Source: Candidatus Latescibacterota bacterium (lineage in GTDB: Bacteria > Latescibacterota > CBDEFO01). Taken from it: 64,000 nt of DNA. Made by a program: the position numbers and the translations under genes. The DNA is taken from the NCBI GenBank assembly GCA_965248755.1, contig OZ252149.1, forward strand, positions 4,416,001 through 4,480,000. The letters run 5' to 3'. The notes beneath the pieces were generated by a model. It did no database searches. It saw only the letters and a program-made list of their open reading frames with translations, and was not told the DNA's origin. How positions within the stretch are numbered: the first letter of the stretch is position 1; every line of letters begins with the position of its first letter. Shown here in pieces: positions 40,429-50,780 of this stretch.

Positions 40429-40725
40429 GTGGATATAAATGTGAGGAATGTCAAGTCATCGGTTAAGTTGGAGTGTCCACTGCGACGCGAGGATCTGTTG
40501 TGCAGAGAGATAGACGCCGAAGGTGTCGTCTACGACTGGAAGGGAAATTCAGTTCACTCTCTGAACCTGACAGCGGCTTTTGTCTTTAAGTTGTGCGATG
40601 GAGAACACTCTGTAGAGGATATAACAAATAAGGTTGCGTCTAACTTCGACGTGAAACGGGAAAGGGCCCAAGAAGATGTGGAAAGGGTCATTGAAGAGTT
40701 AAAGGAACTGAGGCTTTTGGAATAA
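40429..40725 (+). CDS. PqqD family / RiPP recognition element protein
   Basis: VHSLNLTAAFVFKLCDGEHSVEDI...DV...IEELKELRLL. Confidence 0.9.
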   Translation: MDINVRNVKSSVKLECPLRREDLLCREIDAEGVVYDWKGNSVHSLNLTAAFVFKLCDGEHSVEDITNKVASNFDVKRERAQEDVERVIEELKELRLLE

Positions 40726-40800
40726 TACGGAGAATAGTGACTGCAAGAACGACGTATAGTTGAAAACATCCCCTGGACGTATAAGGACGGGTTTAGGTTT

Positions 40801-41628
40801 GTGAGTTTCGAGGTGCTTTTCAGGACTAACTGGGAGGATTTGAGCAGAAAGGTTAAGAGTCTCTATCGTTATTTTTATTCTGAGGATCTAGAAGAAAGGG
40901 ATGCGATTTACTCTGTCGCTGTCCAGAGCGTAGAAGCAACAGATGAGAAGGTCTTTACGGTCTTTGAAAGGGGAGAAGTTCTGTGTCGAACGTATGATCT
41001 GGCACGTCTTCTCCCCTTTTTAGAAAACCAAATTACAGATACGGCTTTACGTGGGTTGGACAATTTCTTTCAGATCCACTCGGGGGTTGTAAGCAGAGGT
41101 GGAAAGGCTTTGCTCCTTCCGGGGCCTCAGGGCAGTGGGAAGACCACTTTGGCGCTCGGACTGGTTCTTTCAGGATTCAAGTATTTATCTGAGGAAGTGG
41201 CTTTAATAGAACCTAGTTCACTGGATGTGGTTCCATTTCCGAGGAGCCTGTGCTTTAAGGAAAGGTCATTTGCCACTCTTAAAAGGTTGATGTCTAAGAT
41301 TGAAGCGAAGGACACTGAGTGGGGAATAGATCGTGGAGGAGTCCATTTTATAGATGTGACAGACATAGCTGCGGATCCTTACGGAGAACGCGCTCCTGTG
41401 GGATATGTGGTCTTTCCAAGGTACAACCCACACAGCAAGTCAGTTCTCTCAAAGATAAGTCGTGCTGAAGCCGCATCCCGGATTGCCCAGATGTCGCTGA
41501 ACTTCTCCTGTTACGGCAAGAGCGGGGCAGATATAGCAGTAGAAATAGCAAGAAATGCAGAGTGCTGGGCTCTGTCTGTGGGTGATCCGGAGGAATCCGT
41601 AAGCTTAATTTCAGGGTTAGTAGGTTAG
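40801..41628 (+). CDS. HPr kinase-related P-loop kinase (frame open upstream to CTG 40741)
   Basis: IHSGVV, LLPGPQGSGKTTL, LSEEVALI, PFPR. Confidence 0.85.
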   Translation: MSFEVLFRTNWEDLSRKVKSLYRYFYSEDLEERDAIYSVAVQSVEATDEKVFTVFERGEVLCRTYDLARLLPFLENQITDTALRGLDNFFQIHSGVVSRGGKALLLPGPQGSGKTTLALGLVLSGFKYLSEEVALIEPSSLDVVPFPRSLCFKERSFATLKRLMSKIEAKDTEWGIDRGGVHFIDVTDIAADPYGERAPVGYVVFPRYNPHSKSVLSKISRAEAASRIAQMSLNFSCYGKSGADIAVEIARNAECWALSVGDPEESVSLISGLVG

Positions 41629-41735
41629 CGATCAGCTCTGGAAACGGTAATTGAGGGGTGTGCAGAATTGGAACTTGACAAGATGAAAAGCACGGTGTAC
41701 GCTCTAATTCACGCCCCAGAAAGGATCGGTAAGAC

Positions 41736-42377
41736 GTGAGATTAAAATCGATCTGGTATCATCAACTCAAGGCGTTGCTCCCCACACTGTTTACAGCATA
41801 CATACCGATACTCCTTTTGCTCTGCATCCTTGCAATCGTGATATTGAAAACCAAAATACCCATCTTGGATCTTACACGCGACCCGGCAAGAACATTGAGA
41901 GCACCATTTTACATTGGACTTCTCTCACACATCGGCGTACTGCTTTGGTGTTCTTCTGCCGCTATTTGTCTTTTTAGTTTTGCACTGCTGCGAAAAGACA
42001 TTAATGATAGAGAATTGCAATCATTTTTCCTGTTTGCAGGTCTCATAACGTCCGTTCTGCTATTGGATGATCTCTTCCAATTTCATGAGCACGTTTTTCC
42101 AATCTATTTACACATTCCTGAAAAAGTCATCTACATCGGATATGGGACGATGACATTGCTCTACATTATAAGATTTAAGCAGATGATACTAAAAACGGAA
42201 CCTCTCCTTTTGCTATTTGCTTTCGGATTCTTTGGACTATCGATAGTTATTGATGCGATAATTATTTTACCCTTACACGACCTGTTTGAGGATGGATTCA
42301 AACTATTGGGAATTGTCAGTTGGCTTACGTATTTTACAAGAGTATTTACCAAGCAGATAAAATGTACAGTGGGGTGA
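41736..42377 (+). CDS. Polytopic membrane protein of unknown function
   Basis: About 6 TM helices; RDP, LDD..QFHE, EDGFKLLG. Confidence 0.75.
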   Translation: MRLKSIWYHQLKALLPTLFTAYIPILLLLCILAIVILKTKIPILDLTRDPARTLRAPFYIGLLSHIGVLLWCSSAAICLFSFALLRKDINDRELQSFFLFAGLITSVLLLDDLFQFHEHVFPIYLHIPEKVIYIGYGTMTLLYIIRFKQMILKTEPLLLLFAFGFFGLSIVIDAIIILPLHDLFEDGFKLLGIVSWLTYFTRVFTKQIKCTVG

Positions 42378-42414
42378 TGGGAGGCGGTGCCCTGCCTATT
42401 GACTACTCATTATT

Positions 42415-43581
42415 ATGAATATCCTTATGATCACAAACGATTTCCCGCCTTTAAAAGGTGGTGTCGCTTCGTTTCTACACAATCTATGTGTTCAGTTGGA
42501 AAGGAACGGCCATAGTGTGCGGGTGCTCACCTTTTCGGTGACTCCGGAGGATTGGAAGGAGGACAAAACGGCACCCTACAGGATATACAGATGCAGGGCC
42601 CCAAGGAGGCTTTCGGCTCTCATCACGATTTACAATAGCCTGCTGCATTGTCTTAAGGATCGCATTGACGTTGTGTTCATAGGACATTTCATGACGGCCC
42701 ATGCCCTGGGCGCCCTCCTTCTAAATATGTTGCTCTCCATACCGTATGTGATTTTGATTCACGGCCTCGATCTTGTGACTTTTCTATCCAAGTCGAGGCT
42801 CGATAGCTTAATATCGCGGGCACTTTTGAAGAGGGCATCTATGCTGATGGCTAACAGCCAGTTCACAAAGGATGAGATATTGAAAACTGGATACGGAAAT
42901 CCCGATAGGATAGGCGTGGTGTATCCGGGGGTAGATGTCCAGGAGTTCAGACCAGATATTGAGTCAGACGGAGTCACATCCAGATTTGGACTTTTGGGCA
43001 GGAGAGTTCTGCTGACTATCGGAAGGCTGGTCAAAAGGAAAAATCATGAAAGTATATTGAGAGCGTTGCCGGGGGTTATTGAGATGTTCTCTGACACTGT
43101 CTATCTTATAGTGGGACAAGGGCGGGAGGAGGGCCATTTAAGAAGGATTGTAAAGGAGTTAGAACTTGAAGATCATGTGATATTCGGAGGATATGTAGAT
43201 CAGAAAGATCTGCCGAGTTGCTACTTCGCGTGCGATGTGTTCGTTATGCCTTCGGATATAGTGGAGGGGAGCTTCGAGGGATTCGGTATAGTGTTTCTGG
43301 AGGCAAACGCATGTGGCAAGCCGGTAATTGGGAGCAATATAAGCGGAGTAGCTGAGGCAGTGGAAGATGGCGTGACGGGGTTGTTAGTAGATCCCAAAGA
43401 CTGCGATGGGATAAAAGACGCGGTAGTAAGACTGCTCTCAGATAAGGAGTACTCCCGAAAGTTGGGGGAAAACGGGAGGAAGAGAGCTTCTGAAAAGCTC
43501 AGTTGGGAGATCGCAGGCAAGAAAGTGGATGTGCTTTTAAAGATTGTACAGACGGAATGTCGGTCTCCTCGACATACTTAG
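42415..43581 (+). CDS. Glycosyltransferase family 4
   Basis: NDFPP..GG, RLVKRKN, EGFGIVFLEA. Confidence 0.93.
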   Translation: MNILMITNDFPPLKGGVASFLHNLCVQLERNGHSVRVLTFSVTPEDWKEDKTAPYRIYRCRAPRRLSALITIYNSLLHCLKDRIDVVFIGHFMTAHALGALLLNMLLSIPYVILIHGLDLVTFLSKSRLDSLISRALLKRASMLMANSQFTKDEILKTGYGNPDRIGVVYPGVDVQEFRPDIESDGVTSRFGLLGRRVLLTIGRLVKRKNHESILRALPGVIEMFSDTVYLIVGQGREEGHLRRIVKELELEDHVIFGGYVDQKDLPSCYFACDVFVMPSDIVEGSFEGFGIVFLEANACGKPVIGSNISGVAEAVEDGVTGLLVDPKDCDGIKDAVVRLLSDKEYSRKLGENGRKRASEKLSWEIAGKKVDVLLKIVQTECRSPRHT

Positions 43582-43600
43582 AAAACATACTCAAAAGCAA

Positions 43601-45070
43601 ATGGCCAATTCCACAAAAAAGATAGCTTTGAACGCCTCTTTTCTTGCCATAAATGACATTGTCCTAAAGACGCTGTCGTTAATATCGCTTCCAATCATGA
43701 TGCGCTATCTTGGAGTCGATACCTTCGGGATGTACGTATTTGCACAGAGCTTTGCGTCCATTATCCTGGTCGTATCGGACGTTGGGTTGAAGACGATCCT
43801 GGTAAGAGATGTTGCCAAGAATAAAGAGAGAGCGGGCGAATACCTCCACAACAGTATGATTTTGAAGTCTATCTTCTTTGTGATCGCGTTTATTATCACT
43901 CTCGGGATCGTAGATGGACTGGGGTATTTTTCAGAAAAGGCGTCCCTGATCTATCTGGTTATGTTATCAGGGATAACGGCCTCTTTTACAGTTTTGCTGT
44001 CCTCTTTTTTTAAGGCCTTTGAGGTGATGCACAAGAAAGCTATGGTAGACATTGCGGGAGGCCTGATCAGCCTCATCGCAGTTATAGCTGTTTTGGTATT
44101 ACTCAGAGGAGGAATATACGAGCTTCTGGCAGCGTTTGTGGTGGGAAATCTTCTGATAGCAGTCTTGAGCTACAGGCTTGTAAAAGCCCAGATCGCTGAA
44201 ACGACGTCCCGGCACCGCAACTGGAAGGTGGATTGGGGGGCTATAAAATCTCTATTTAGAGTATCGATCCCCGTGGGAATCTCAGGAATATTCGTGATGG
44301 TCTACAACTATTTTGATGTTGTAATGTTAGAGTGGATGAGAGGAGACTATGAAGTGGGTGTCTACGGAGCGGCGTATAAGCTGATCATAACACTGCACTT
44401 TATCCCTTATGCGATAGTTGGGGCTCTATTTCCCGTAATGTCAAGGCTTTCAAAGAGTTCGCCGGTGGAGCTAAAGTTTATCTTTGAAAGGTCGTTCAAG
44501 TACTTAGCGCTATTGGGACTACCGATAGCTGTAGGGGTCACGTTTACGGCAGATGAGATCATGATCCTTCTGGGAGGGGAAAAGTGGGCTGAGGCCGGCA
44601 CGACACTCAAGATCTTGATCTGGGCGACGTTCATAGCGTTCTTGAACTATCCGATAGGGGCTCTTCTGATCACTTTAGATAGACAGAAGGTGGCGGCTTT
44701 CAACGCAGGGGTGTGTATGGTTGTCAACATAGGGTTGAATTTCCTGCTTATTCCATCGATGGGATTTAAAGGGGCAAGTATCTCAACTGTGGCAACCGAG
44801 GCTGTATTGTTCATGATGGGCTATATTGCTCTTTCGCGGGCGTTATATTCTCCTCCAGTGTTGAGCCTTTCAGCAAAACCAACAGTCTGTGGAGTAGGCC
44901 TTGCAGTGGTTCTGTACCTTTTAGGGAACATCGGGCTCTTTTTGTCCGTTTTGGCCTCCATCGCTGCGTATACGGGATTTCTGCTATTGACGCGGATATT
45001 CGATGAAAGGGACAGGGAGATGTTTTTGGATCTCCTTCCGGGGCAGCTAGAATGGAGAGCAAGAAATTGA
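43601..45070 (+). CDS. Wzx-type flippase
   Basis: RYLG..FG.Y, DVGL, DVVML, VGVYGAA; many TM helices. Confidence 0.9.
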   Translation: MANSTKKIALNASFLAINDIVLKTLSLISLPIMMRYLGVDTFGMYVFAQSFASIILVVSDVGLKTILVRDVAKNKERAGEYLHNSMILKSIFFVIAFIITLGIVDGLGYFSEKASLIYLVMLSGITASFTVLLSSFFKAFEVMHKKAMVDIAGGLISLIAVIAVLVLLRGGIYELLAAFVVGNLLIAVLSYRLVKAQIAETTSRHRNWKVDWGAIKSLFRVSIPVGISGIFVMVYNYFDVVMLEWMRGDYEVGVYGAAYKLIITLHFIPYAIVGALFPVMSRLSKSSPVELKFIFERSFKYLALLGLPIAVGVTFTADEIMILLGGEKWAEAGTTLKILIWATFIAFLNYPIGALLITLDRQKVAAFNAGVCMVVNIGLNFLLIPSMGFKGASISTVATEAVLFMMGYIALSRALYSPPVLSLSAKPTVCGVGLAVVLYLLGNIGLFLSVLASIAAYTGFLLLTRIFDERDREMFLDLLPGQLEWRARN

Positions 45071-46254
45071 GAATCTTTTATGTATGCGACGTATACTTAA
45101 ATCATCAGATAGCCTGGACAACGCATGTCAAAGAGATTACTGAGAATATGAAGATGCTGGGACACGAGGTGATCCTGTTCGCTCCGGCGTACGGTAAGTA
45201 CAGAGAGGAGACATCCGTGGATGTGGTCTACGTCCCCACAACTAACATCAGGTTTTTCAAGGTCTTCGTCTTCTATCTTTTGGTGTTTTTGTATATTTTT
45301 CTATACCGTCTGAAGAGGGGAAGACCCGATGTGGTCTATATAAGGGAGATGTATATTTCAGCTACGGCACAGCTATCTGCAAAACTTCTGAGCGTTCCTG
45401 CCGTGTTAGAAGTGAATGGGATAAATCAGGAGGAAAGGAGTGATACCTCAGGATCGAGTCCCGAGGTGATATTGAGCGGATTCTTTCAGAATTGGGGCGT
45501 TAAGATGGCAGATCGGGTGATCGCTATTACACCCAAATTGAGGGAAAAACTCGCAGAGAGGGCAAAGGTCCCTATTGAGAAGATATTTGTGGTGAGGAAT
45601 GGGACGAATGTGGACCTGTTTAAGCCTATGGACGAGATGGAGGCTAAGCAGAAATTGCGCTTGGAGGGGGACAGAGATTACGTTTGCTTTGTAAGCAGTC
45701 TCTATCCGTTCCACGGTGCCCTGAATCTGGTAGAAAGTAGCCCTGATGTGCTTAAAGAGAGAGGAAATGTCATCTTTTTGATTGTGGGAGATGGATTTAT
45801 GAAGGGTGAGTTAATAGAAAGAACGAGGGAGTTGGGCGTGGATAGAGATTTTGTGTTTACAGGTGAGGTCGCTTATGACTATGTGCCGCTCTACATCAAC
45901 GCATCGAAGTTGGCTCTGTGTTTTATAAGGAATATAAGAGAAAGTGGCGAAGGCAGTCCGCTGAAGTTATTTGAGTATATGTCCTGTGGGAAAGCAATTC
46001 TAGCAAGCAAGGGCCGTGAGTGCGGCCAGTTTGTGGAGCACGCGGAGGCCGGAAGGTCTGTGGACACTGAGGACCCAAGAGCGATCTCCCGGAGCATATT
46101 GAGGCTTCTGGAGGACGACGAAGAAAGGGAACGCTTGGGCAAAAAGGGGAGAGACTATGCACTTCAAAATTGCAGTTGGAAGAAGGTTGCCGAACGGGTG
46201 TTAGAACTTTCAAGCCAGAACGACGAAATACCAAAGGGGACGAGGACAGCTTGA
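45052..46254 (+). CDS. Glycosyltransferase family 4
   Basis: NG..VDLF, SPLKLFEYMSCGK. Confidence 0.92.
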   Translation: MESKKLRIFYVCDVYLNHQIAWTTHVKEITENMKMLGHEVILFAPAYGKYREETSVDVVYVPTTNIRFFKVFVFYLLVFLYIFLYRLKRGRPDVVYIREMYISATAQLSAKLLSVPAVLEVNGINQEERSDTSGSSPEVILSGFFQNWGVKMADRVIAITPKLREKLAERAKVPIEKIFVVRNGTNVDLFKPMDEMEAKQKLRLEGDRDYVCFVSSLYPFHGALNLVESSPDVLKERGNVIFLIVGDGFMKGELIERTRELGVDRDFVFTGEVAYDYVPLYINASKLALCFIRNIRESGEGSPLKLFEYMSCGKAILASKGRECGQFVEHAEAGRSVDTEDPRAISRSILRLLEDDEERERLGKKGRDYALQNCSWKKVAERVLELSSQNDEIPKGTRTA

Positions 46255-47516
46255 AGAGGAGGGAATCGGCATTAATCGCAGGCATCGCAGTTGTGGCTCT
46301 GGCTATAAGATTAGGGGTCATCTATAACTTCACTGTTCCTGTGGAAAAGGATGCCCTGGAATACGATAAGATAGCTGTGAGTCTGTCACAAGGGAGAGGT
46401 TTCGAAATCGATGGACATCCTACTTCGCAAAGGCCTCCGATGTACCCGCTCTTTCTGTCGCTTGTCTACGGTCTCTTCGGGCACAGCCATGAAGCGGCAA
46501 CTGCTGGAAATGCCCTGTTGGGCGCCGCAGCATGTATCGCTGCATACTTAATTGGAAGAGAAATCAAGGACTTGAGGACTGGCACTATAGCAGCGACGTT
46601 GACAGCCCTGCATCCGTCTTTTGAAGTAGCCACAAGGCTGTACTCTGAGAATCTATTCATTCCCCTTGTAGGGTTATCAACATTGCTCTGCATCAGGGCA
46701 GTCCAGGATAAAAAGCTATATCTATATATCTTAGCGGGATCCCTCATCGGGCTTTCGACCCTCACAAGAGTGACTATAGGGCTTTTTTTGTTTTTTGTAG
46801 CACCACTTATGTTATTGGGGAAGAGAGAGAAACGGGAAGTTATTAAAGGGATTATAGTGGCATTTACGGCATTTTTAATAGTAATCGTCCCGTGGCAGAC
46901 AAGAAACTGGTTTATGAAGGACAGGGTAGTGAATCAGGACTTATTGAACTTCGCATTTGCTTTTGCTAATTATCCCTTGTTTTCCGGAAGCAACTGGTGG
47001 ACTGTCTTAGATATGGAGAAGTTTGAGATGGAGCGGGACCGCGGAGTCGAATTTGTCACGAGGAAGGCCCAAGAGCTGGGCGGACAAAATGGGGGATTGA
47101 GCAAGTTGAAACAGGAAGTATTTGATAAGATATGGGGAAATCCGAAAGGATTTATTAAATTATGCACCAGCAGGATTGCTATCTTCTGGCTCTCTCCTCC
47201 TGTGGGAACTTATCTTATCAAAGACAGAAGCAACACATTAGCCGCTTGGTGGATGGGGATAAACTACCTGTTATTGGGAACAGTCTTTTGGGGAGGCTAC
47301 CTGTCCCTGAGGGATGGCAGGGTCGCCTGGATCGTTTTAGGGTTGCTTTTGTATTTCACTCTATTTCACGGACTTACACATAGCATTAGAAGGTACAGCT
47401 ACACAGTGGTCCCTGAGATGATGGTACTCTCTGCCGTGTCAATTTCAACTCTTTATAACCGCTGGAAGGGGCTATGGCTCAAAAAATCGAACGGCGATTG
47501 CGCGGTGTCAGTCTGA
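46251..47516 (+). CDS. GT-C fold (ArnT/PMT-like, GT39/83) membrane glycosyltransferase
   Basis: DALEY, RPPMYPLFL, YSENL, PW..RN, RY; TTG start overlapping the previous stop. Confidence 0.8.
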   Translation: MKRRESALIAGIAVVALAIRLGVIYNFTVPVEKDALEYDKIAVSLSQGRGFEIDGHPTSQRPPMYPLFLSLVYGLFGHSHEAATAGNALLGAAACIAAYLIGREIKDLRTGTIAATLTALHPSFEVATRLYSENLFIPLVGLSTLLCIRAVQDKKLYLYILAGSLIGLSTLTRVTIGLFLFFVAPLMLLGKREKREVIKGIIVAFTAFLIVIVPWQTRNWFMKDRVVNQDLLNFAFAFANYPLFSGSNWWTVLDMEKFEMERDRGVEFVTRKAQELGGQNGGLSKLKQEVFDKIWGNPKGFIKLCTSRIAIFWLSPPVGTYLIKDRSNTLAAWWMGINYLLLGTVFWGGYLSLRDGRVAWIVLGLLLYFTLFHGLTHSIRRYSYTVVPEMMVLSAVSISTLYNRWKGLWLKKSNGDCAVSV

Positions 47517-48361
47517 TAGTCCCGGCCTACAATGAGGAAAAGGGAATCGAAGGGGTGTTAAAGGGGCTAATTGACATTATGAACAATAATAAGACAGACT
47601 ATGAGATTATCGTCGTGAACGACGGATCTACCGATAATACCGGCCAGATTATAAAGGAGCTTTCAGATATAGTAGTTGTAGACCATTTTCAGAACAAGGG
47701 ATACGGAGCAGCGTTGAAGTCTGGGATAAGGAAGTCTCGCTACGAAACTGTAGTCATTACGGATGCGGACGGCACCTACCCAAACAGCCGCATACCTGAA
47801 CTTGTAGAGGGGATCGGAGAATACGACATGGTAGTCGGTTCAAGAACCGGAGAGAACGTGAAGATACCCGTAATAAGGAGACCTGCTAAGAGCTTCTTAA
47901 ATATACTTGCTAATTATCTGTCGGAGACAAAGATACCAGATCTTAATTCAGGATTGAGGGCCTTTAGAAAGGACACGGTAATGTGGTATTTTAACATCTT
48001 GCCGGATAGCTTCTCTTTTACGACTACGATCACTCTGGCTATGTTAGGTGACGGATTCGCCGTTAATTATATCCCTATAGACTACGGAACAAGGAAAGGG
48101 AAATCCAAGATAAAGGCCAGGGATGCGTTCAATTTTCTGGTCCTGATAGTGCGGACGATTATGTATTTTAACCCTTTAAGGGTCTTTCTGCCCATAAGTT
48201 TGGGACTCCTGTCGGCGGCGCTTATAAGGTTAGGATACGATATTTTTGTGCTGAGCAACATAACGGATTCTTCAACTATATTTTTTATCGCCGCTCTTCA
48301 GGTCGGATTGATAGGGATGTTAGCCGATCTTGTGGCCAAAAAGAGACAGCCGAGAGCTTGA
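47474..48361 (+). CDS. Glycosyltransferase family 2 (DPM1-like)
   Basis: PAYNEE, NDGSTD, NKGYG, DADG, DLNSG; two C-terminal TM helices. Confidence 0.92.
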   Translation: MAQKIERRLRGVSLIVPAYNEEKGIEGVLKGLIDIMNNNKTDYEIIVVNDGSTDNTGQIIKELSDIVVVDHFQNKGYGAALKSGIRKSRYETVVITDADGTYPNSRIPELVEGIGEYDMVVGSRTGENVKIPVIRRPAKSFLNILANYLSETKIPDLNSGLRAFRKDTVMWYFNILPDSFSFTTTITLAMLGDGFAVNYIPIDYGTRKGKSKIKARDAFNFLVLIVRTIMYFNPLRVFLPISLGLLSAALIRLGYDIFVLSNITDSSTIFFIAALQVGLIGMLADLVAKKRQPRA

Positions 48362-48533
48362 ATAAGTAGAGAAAGGCAACGTGTTCCCCATCCTTGGCGG
48401 TTGCTTCGTCAGACAGGAAGATCTGCCCCAACAGAGGACTAGGTAGAGGGACATTTTTGTCTCTCCTGGAGGCAAGAGCAGTCAATGACTGAACGTCGAT
48501 GCTGATCGGCGTCATTTAGAGAAGAGTACAACT

Positions 48534-48596
48534 TCATTGCAACACTCCGATTGAATCCCCGATTGATTCTATCGGGGATCGGAGCGAAGTAATCTC
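48534..48596. repeat. Mini-palindrome (48556-48578) nested inside a variant copy of itself
   Basis: TCATTGC...CTCCGATTGAA[TCCCCGATTGATTCTATCGGGGA]TCGGAG-CGAAGTAATCTC. Confidence 0.8.
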
Positions 48597-48631
48597 ATCA
48601 TAAAACGACTCCAGATCAGAGTCACAATTCC

Positions 48632-49591
48632 ATGCAAGAAGAAAATAGAAACAAAGAACTTAAGGCTTTGGAACTCCGGTGCCGGTTCGTTAGACATATG
48701 AACAGAGAGGACGAAGGGGCTGAGATAGAAGTTGTAGAGTACCAGGAAACAGGAGGAGACAGTCCGAAGATGTCGGTAATCATTCCGACATCAGATGCCT
48801 ACAGGGACGGGTATTTCCCGCAGCTTTTAGAGCAGTTGAGGGATCAGTCCTTCAAGGACTTTGAGGTCATCGTAGTCAAAGGGGATAAAAGACAGGGCAG
48901 AGCCATAAACACAGGTGCCGCAATGGCAAGGGGCGATATTTTAGTGACTTTAGACGACGATACGAGGCTGGGACACGATGAGGTGTTAGAGAATCTCTAT
49001 GGGGTTCTAAGTGATCACCCCGATATAGGTATGGCGGGAGTGGCGAATCTAGTGCCGGACGACGTCCCCTGGCTTCAAAGGAGGACTATGGAGGAAGTTC
49101 CGAGGAGGAACTCAGATGTGGTGGAGGTCATCACAGAGAGCGATATGGCAGAGCATCCGTGCTGTGCTATCCCCAAAAAGGTTTTCCGTGAAGTAGGCGG
49201 CGAGAATGAGATTATCCCGAGGGGCTTAGACCCTTATCTGAGGAGAGAGATAAGGAGGGCCGGATACAGAGTAGTCGTGATCCCGAACACTTATATCTAT
49301 CACCTTCCGCCCCGTAGGTTTAAGGCTCTGGTAAGACAATTTTTCAGAAACGGTACACAATCTGCGCTCTGCACGAAGGTATATCCGGAGTGGGTCGTAG
49401 AATTGAGGGAGAAACACGGCGAGGATGTACCTGAGAACGCCACTTTACTCAAGCGGTCGCTCAGGGCGACTTGGAGGTTGATAAAGGCGCTGTTTTCTGG
49501 AAAGTTTATATGGTTGGTCACATCTTTGGCGTACCTCGCCGGCTTCGGGTGGGAAATGATCAGATTGAGCTTTATGTCTGAAAGGGAATAG
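48632..49591 (+). CDS. Glycosyltransferase family 2
   Basis: SVIIPT, Q...DFEVIVV, AINTG, LDDD. Confidence 0.88.
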   Translation: MQEENRNKELKALELRCRFVRHMNREDEGAEIEVVEYQETGGDSPKMSVIIPTSDAYRDGYFPQLLEQLRDQSFKDFEVIVVKGDKRQGRAINTGAAMARGDILVTLDDDTRLGHDEVLENLYGVLSDHPDIGMAGVANLVPDDVPWLQRRTMEEVPRRNSDVVEVITESDMAEHPCCAIPKKVFREVGGENEIIPRGLDPYLRREIRRAGYRVVVIPNTYIYHLPPRRFKALVRQFFRNGTQSALCTKVYPEWVVELREKHGEDVPENATLLKRSLRATWRLIKALFSGKFIWLVTSLAYLAGFGWEMIRLSFMSERE

Positions 49592-49595
49592 AGTC

Positions 49596-50780
49596 ATGGG
49601 GAAAACGATCTTGTGGGCGAACGACTTCCCGCCTGTGGTAAGTGGGATCGCCACGTTCTTCTACAATATATGGGTAGAACTCCCCAAAGAAAGTACCGTT
49701 GTGATAGCTCCGAAGGCAAAGGGCTATCGGGAGTTCGATAGGCAGCGCGATGTTGTTGTGAAAAGGATATGGCTGCCATTAGGCGAGTCAATATGGGCCA
49801 AGGTCATCAAGACACTTTTAACTCTGATATGGAGCCTCTATCTATCACTCGTAGTGAGACCTCGAAAGTTTCACTGCGGTCAGGTGCTATCTTCGGGAAT
49901 TGCAGGGCTTCTGTGCAAAAGGCTGTTCAAGATAGCGTACGTGGTCTATGTGTACGGATCTGAGACCTTCCGGATGGGTAAAGGAAGAAGGGGAAAATGG
50001 CTGATGAGAAAGGTGTTAAACGAGAGCCAGACCGTAGTGTCGAACAGTGATTCCACTTCGAAGGAGCTTGAAGGGTTCGGCGTAGGTAGAAAGAAAATAG
50101 TAAAGATAAGTCCGGGGGTCGATTCGAGGCGCTTTTGCCCAAAGGCTAAGGATAAAGACTTGACAGAGCGTCTGGGGCTGGACGGGATGAAGGTGATCTT
50201 GACTGTTGCGAGACTCGACCAAAGGAAGGGACACGACATGGTGATGAAGGCTCTGTCAAGAATAAGCAGAGAGAAAAAAACAAAGAGCGTGCAAGGAGAA
50301 AAGCTGAACCCTGTTTACTCCAAATATGTGATAGTGGGTAAGGGAATTGAAGAGGAAAGATTGAAGGAGCTATCTGGAAAGTTGGAGATCGAGGACATGG
50401 TCCTGTTTGCAGGATATGTTCCCGATGACCAGATAGTGGATTATTACAATCTTTGCGACGTATTTGTGATGCCGAACAGGGTAACAAAAGGGACGGCTTT
50501 AGAGGGCGATATAGAGGGATTCGGGATTTCGTTTATAGAAGCTGCAGCGTGTGAAAAGCCCGCAATAGCAGGGCGTTCAGGTGGCACAGCAGAAGCAGTG
50601 TTAGACGGTGTTACGGGTATTTTAGTAGAGCCAGAGTCCGAGAAGGAAATAGCAGATGCGATAAGGAGGCTTATAGAGGATGAGGAGTTGGCGCTGAAAA
50701 TGGGCAGGGCAGGAAGGGAAAGAGCGAAAAAGGAATTCGATTGGCAAAAACTGGCAAAATCGGTGGAGGAGATCCTGTGA
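49596..50780 (+). CDS. Glycosyltransferase family 4
   Basis: NDFPP..SGI, RLDQRKG, EGFGISFIEA. Confidence 0.93.
   Translation: MGKTILWANDFPPVVSGIATFFYNIWVELPKESTVVIAPKAKGYREFDRQRDVVVKRIWLPLGESIWAKVIKTLLTLIWSLYLSLVVRPRKFHCGQVLSSGIAGLLCKRLFKIAYVVYVYGSETFRMGKGRRGKWLMRKVLNESQTVVSNSDSTSKELEGFGVGRKKIVKISPGVDSRRFCPKAKDKDLTERLGLDGMKVILTVARLDQRKGHDMVMKALSRISREKKTKSVQGEKLNPVYSKYVIVGKGIEEERLKELSGKLEIEDMVLFAGYVPDDQIVDYYNLCDVFVMPNRVTKGTALEGDIEGFGISFIEAAACEKPAIAGRSGGTAEAVLDGVTGILVEPESEKEIADAIRRLIEDEELALKMGRAGRERAKKEFDWQKLAKSVEEIL

Noticed and set aside
40331..41736. Complete lasso peptide or PQQ cluster
   Set aside because: No cyclase, B2 protease, PqqB/C/E or precursor with a recognisable leader in the window
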